Position numbers and translations under genes: made by a program
Shown: in pieces, positions 34,146 through 37,914 of the stretch
Position numbering within the stretch: the stretch's first letter is position 1
Layout: each line of letters opens with the position of its first letter
Assembly (NCBI GenBank): GCA_048213135.1
Contig: PS015452.1
Coordinates: 71,108 to 109,021, forward strand
Origin: Reclinomonas americana ATCC 50394
Lineage: Eukaryota
Length of the DNA stretch: 37,914 bases
Direction: 5' to 3'
The notes under the pieces: generated by a model
What the model was told of the DNA's origin: nothing
The model's database searches: none
The model's input: the letters and a program-made list of their open reading frames with translations, nothing else

Positions 34146-34992
34146 CTATTCGAGGAGGCTAGCACGCAGGCGCGCCAGCTCACCCTCCAGCTCACGGAGC
34201 TCGCCCTCCACGCGAGCCAGTTCGGTCCGCGCGTCCTCGCCAGAGCGCGCCCGCCACTCTGCAGCCTGCAAGCGACGCTCCGCCATACGAGCGTCGATAT
34301 CCACCATCTGCTGGACAAGCTTGTGTTGCCACTTGTGGAAAGAGTGATAAGCACACACTTCGATACAACAACAAGCGGAAGAAGACATCGCAGCGCTCAC
34401 TCACCAGCTTGCGCTCACTCAGTTCAGCGCGACTTCGAAGCTCACTCACTTCAGCGCGATGCTCCGCACGTTCAGCGCGCAGCTCTGCACGTTCAGCGCG
34501 CAGCTCTGCTTCCACAAACTTGTGATTAGCTTCGCGCAGTTGTGCCTCGTGCTCGAGCTGCTGCACACGCGTTTCAGCCTCGCGCAGTCGCTGCTGCAGC
34601 TGCTCGCACCCGTCGGTCTTCTCCGGCTGTTCGAATGCGTCGGTCTTCTCCGCGGCTGGCTCCTCGTGCACTGCTCCAGCCTCGACCAGTTGCTCCGCGT
34701 GCACCACGATATCCGACTTGCTCGGGCTCAGCTTGTATTCCTCTCCATGATCTCGCTGCTGCTGCTGCTGCTGCTCGTGGAGCTGCTGCTGCTGCTCGTG
34801 GAGCTGCCGCTGCAGCTCGTGGAGTTGCTGATCTCGCTCGCGGATCTGCTTCTCCAGCTCGCGGAGCTGCTCGCGGAGCTGCTGTATCTCAAGAGCCTGC
34901 AGGTACCGATTCTCTGCGTCCTGTTCCTCCTGAATTGCTAATTAGAATCACATGCACACACAGAGACAGAGAGAGATAGATGCACAATCCAT
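34146..34992 (-). CDS. Uncharacterised coiled-coil protein with internal repeats (QLHEQQQ, AELRAER)
   Basis: Model MDSIQEEQDAENRYLQALEIQQLREQLRELEKQ...ELARLRASLLE*, with introns 34938-34985 and ~34333-34404. The start is uncertain; upstream exons at ~35175-35313 are possible. Confidence 0.6.
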
Positions 34993-36176
34993 GCATGCAC
35001 ACCTTCACAAGGGTATACAGCAACACCGCGGCAACAGGAAGAGAGTGGAGAGCAAGAGAAAGCAATAATTAGCGCACCACAAACAACATCACGGACAACG
35101 AGGGAGAGAAAGAACAAGAATGCGAGGAAAACGAAAGAAACACACAGTACAGTTGTCGCGCATCGAACACTCACCGACGAGCGCAACTTTGTGCGCCGTG
35201 GGCGACAAACGAGTACGTTAGTTCGTCGTGACGCTCGTGCACGTCGCCTTCGTTTACACAGCGAAGAGCCTCCGCCACTGACCAGTACGCTCTCATCAAA
35301 GTGCACTCGCCGATCTGCCACAAGGACACACAGTCAACATACCGACCCACTGTCGCGTCAACCGAGCCACTGCTCTCCTCTGTCTGCTGTCCGTTTTCGA
35401 TCTACCAGTGAGTCTCGTGTGCTTGCTTGCCTTCTATAACTAAAGCTGCTTAAGTGTGTTATCGCTGTTGAGAATAAAGCCCTATTCAGGCCGTGAAGAA
35501 GACTTCGCCCAGTGGCCACCAGAAGACAAATCAATCCTATCGATCCGCCTCTCTCTCTCTGCATGCACAACCAGGCCACTCCGCCACCAACAACAACAAT
35601 ATAAAATATCATGGCTCATCTCTCTTTCTCTTCGCTCTCTCTCTCTCTTTTCTTTCTCTTTCTAACTCTTCTCCCTCACCTCCCTGTGACTGACGCACGC
35701 ACCTCTCGGAATTTTCCGTTTCGCACAGCTCTCCTCCTGCTGCACGCCACCGTCCTCCATTCGAGAACCAGCCACCCAATGGATTTGTTGCCGTAATATC
35801 CTCTGCACAGTCTCCTCGCAAAGCGCCGCCACCGTATCATCATCCTCTCGCCGTTCGCCATCATGTTCTCTTCCTTTCGTTCCCTCCTCATCTCTTGCCA
35901 CTCTACAACAATCGCCATCGCCGAGAGAGTGGACGACGGCGACAGTCAAAACATCACACTCTGACATTCTCAGTATGCACAGAGAGAGAGAGAGCAGAGT
36001 GGGTCAGAAAGTACACACTCTGGGGCTCACTCGGTGATCTCGTCCGCTCTCACTGTCTTATGTAAACTCAAACAATGGGAGCAGGACGATAAGCAACGAC
36101 GAACTTCAGTCACCATACCATGATACAACAAGACAGCGAGCGCCCGGCAGGCACCCGGTCTTGACAGCAACAACAA

Positions 36177-36207
<31 letters not shown>

Positions 36208-36408
36208 CGGTTTCCTATCTGCCAATACGGGATTGCACTTACACAGTAGCCACGCACAATGATCGCGGCGATAAAGCAAGGCGGTCTACCGTGAACACCT
36301 CTGGCACTTCCTGGGACACCAGCGCATCACACCACACCTGATCGATATTGCAACCGAACGTCACCAGTATCCGCGCGTTGCGAGTCGTAAATCGTATGTA
36401 ATAAAGCA

Positions 36409-37860
36409 TCATCTGGGGCTCTCTTCACCACTAGAGCCGTGGCCAGCGGCGAGTTCCTCGCGCCTCTTACGCACTCGTTTCTTGACAACGGAGGCTGGCG
36501 TCTCGGCAGCGGTGGCGGAGGCCGAACTGGCCCTGCGTGGTGCCGACTCGTCGCCGGCGCCGGACGACGAGCGGCGGTGATGGCGCGCGGACGACGCACC
36601 CATCACAGCCTTGGTGGAAGACGTTGCTGCAGCAGCAGCAGCAGCAGCCACGGCATCGCGGTCAGCCGATCGGGATCGCCGCTTGGTTGGCGGTGTGGAC
36701 GCAGCGATTGCGTCGGTGGCGGCTGCTGCAGGCGGTCTGTTGACGCGTTGCGAGAGACGCAATTTCTCACGACCAGTCTCCGACAAGGTCGGCGGCATGT
36801 CTGCAGGCAGCGGTGGGTATGCTACAAGCAAAGCACACACGCACCAGGTGAGAGTGGACGCAACGAAGTGAACTGACTCGTTGGAAGGCCATGGCAGCCT
36901 CCAGTGGCGACGGATGACGCATGGACGAGGCGTAGTACTGGTGCACGTTCTCCGCTCCAAACATCGTGGACGATGATGACGACGATGGTGGCGGAGGCAT
37001 GTGGCGCGCCATCTGCACGACCTGCGAGGCCTTGCGTCTGGCCAACTCGACCTCCTTCTCGAGGCGACGCTTGTCGATCTCCAGACGGTCAGCTGTCGTC
37101 GGTAAAGCAGCAAGGTAGCAGTCAAGGGGGAACGCACATCGACGACAATAACAACAATGCAAGGGAGGGCAATGTGAAAACAAAAAAAGGATATCAAACT
37201 CGCGTCGCTCGGCCACCAACTGCTCCTGCTTCTTCACCAACGAGGTCACCTGTTGAGCACTCTCCTCGGCGGCACGCTCGGCCGCACGCACTGACGACTC
37301 GGCACGGAACAGGCGCTGCGCTAATGCATGAGAAATTGACGTGCAACTGGGGGAAGAGTGTGGTGCATTCGCACGCAACGGCATCCTTCTCCTGCAGCTC
37401 TTGCACCAAACGTGCCACCTCCTCCTTCACACGCCTCAAATCCGCCTCCAGCTGTCGGCTCACTTGTCGACTGCGCTCGGCCTCCTGCCGCGCCGACGAC
37501 ACCTGCACTCGCGCAGTTTCTTCCACCTCCTGTCGCTCCTCGGTTCTGCGCACCGCGAGAAGAACAAAGGTTGGCACGCAGAGTGGAAGCTCTGTGCTGC
37601 ACCACAATGAAACGCAACATGCGCCGTTGCTGTGAACGCGACTCCTCCGACAGTCGCTCGACCTCGGCCTCCAGTCGCCAGATCTGTTCCTTGGCATCTT
37701 GCAGTTCGCGTCGCCGATTCGCTTGCTCTCGTTCATGATCGAGTGCGAGCTCCTGCTGATGCGCACCCCGCGACTCGGTCTCCTGCCGCAACTGCAGCTC
37801 CAGGCGCTCCACCTGCGCACGCAAGTCCTCCCGCTGCTGCGTGGTTTGCAACAGTTTTTG
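36409..37860 (-). CDS. 3' part of a long coiled-coil protein with a disordered tail (5' end outside the window)
   Basis: Heptad exons (REDLRAQVERLELQLRQE, LEADLRRVKEEVARLVQELQEKD, DRLEIDKRRLEKEVELARRK) join in phase and end GEESPR*. Confidence 0.7.
37102..37194 (-). other. U12-type AT-AC intron in the terminal coiled-coil gene
   Basis: 5' end ATATCCTTT, branch point CCCTTGAC 20 nt from a 3' TAC. The phase-1 join gives RREFATTADRLEIDK. Confidence 0.8.
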
Positions 37861-37914
37861 CTGTGCGCGCAGCGGCGAATGAGTGGCAGAGTTACGGCTG
37901 CAAACTGGCAGTGT

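Noticed and set aside
34459-34979. Leu-rich + strand ORFs (and poly-Ser ORF 32740-33108)
   Set aside because: Antisense shadows of Q/E-rich or D/E-rich minus-strand exons.
35730-36123. Stop-free + strand frame after an acceptor-like CACAG
   Set aside because: No upstream exon, start or recognisable protein features could be supported.
37093-37203. GC-AG intron with GCGAGT donor
   Set aside because: Frame-compatible, but the ATATCCTTT donor plus U12 branch point explains the region better.
1-37914. Alternative genetic code, tRNA/rRNA genes, transposases
   Set aside because: All models splice cleanly with the standard code and use TAA, TAG and TGA as stops. No RNA-gene or transposase signature was recognised by eye.

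Overview
Gene-dense, intron-rich nuclear DNA from a flagellated eukaryote, probably a protist; it is not prokaryotic. Hand-splicing gives about 13 protein-coding genes: a partial O-fucosyltransferase-like gene, COMMD5, two tandem four-TM claudin/amastin-like paralogs, outer dynein arm docking subunit ODA1/CCDC114-63, a disordered putative cytoskeletal protein, a class-3 lipase-TPR protein, PCBD, a ZnT6-like CDF transporter, TOGARAM/crescerin and three coiled-coil proteins. There is also an intronic 151-bp satellite and an 876-nt N gap. Most ORFs in the supplied track are exon fragments or antisense shadows. Main oddities: (1) a ~260-bp intergenic, polylinker-like tract with about 30 hexamer palindromes and ten XYZ-revcomp-XYZ nonamers, whose two halves keep palindromy through compensatory changes; (2) a large class of register-shifted 5' splice sites (GTTGCG, about 25 introns); (3) two U12-type AT-AC introns; (4) a possible ZnT-PCBD bicistronic unit; (5) a 4-nt microexon. 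All gene models are manual, and family calls rest on remembered motifs rather than searches.
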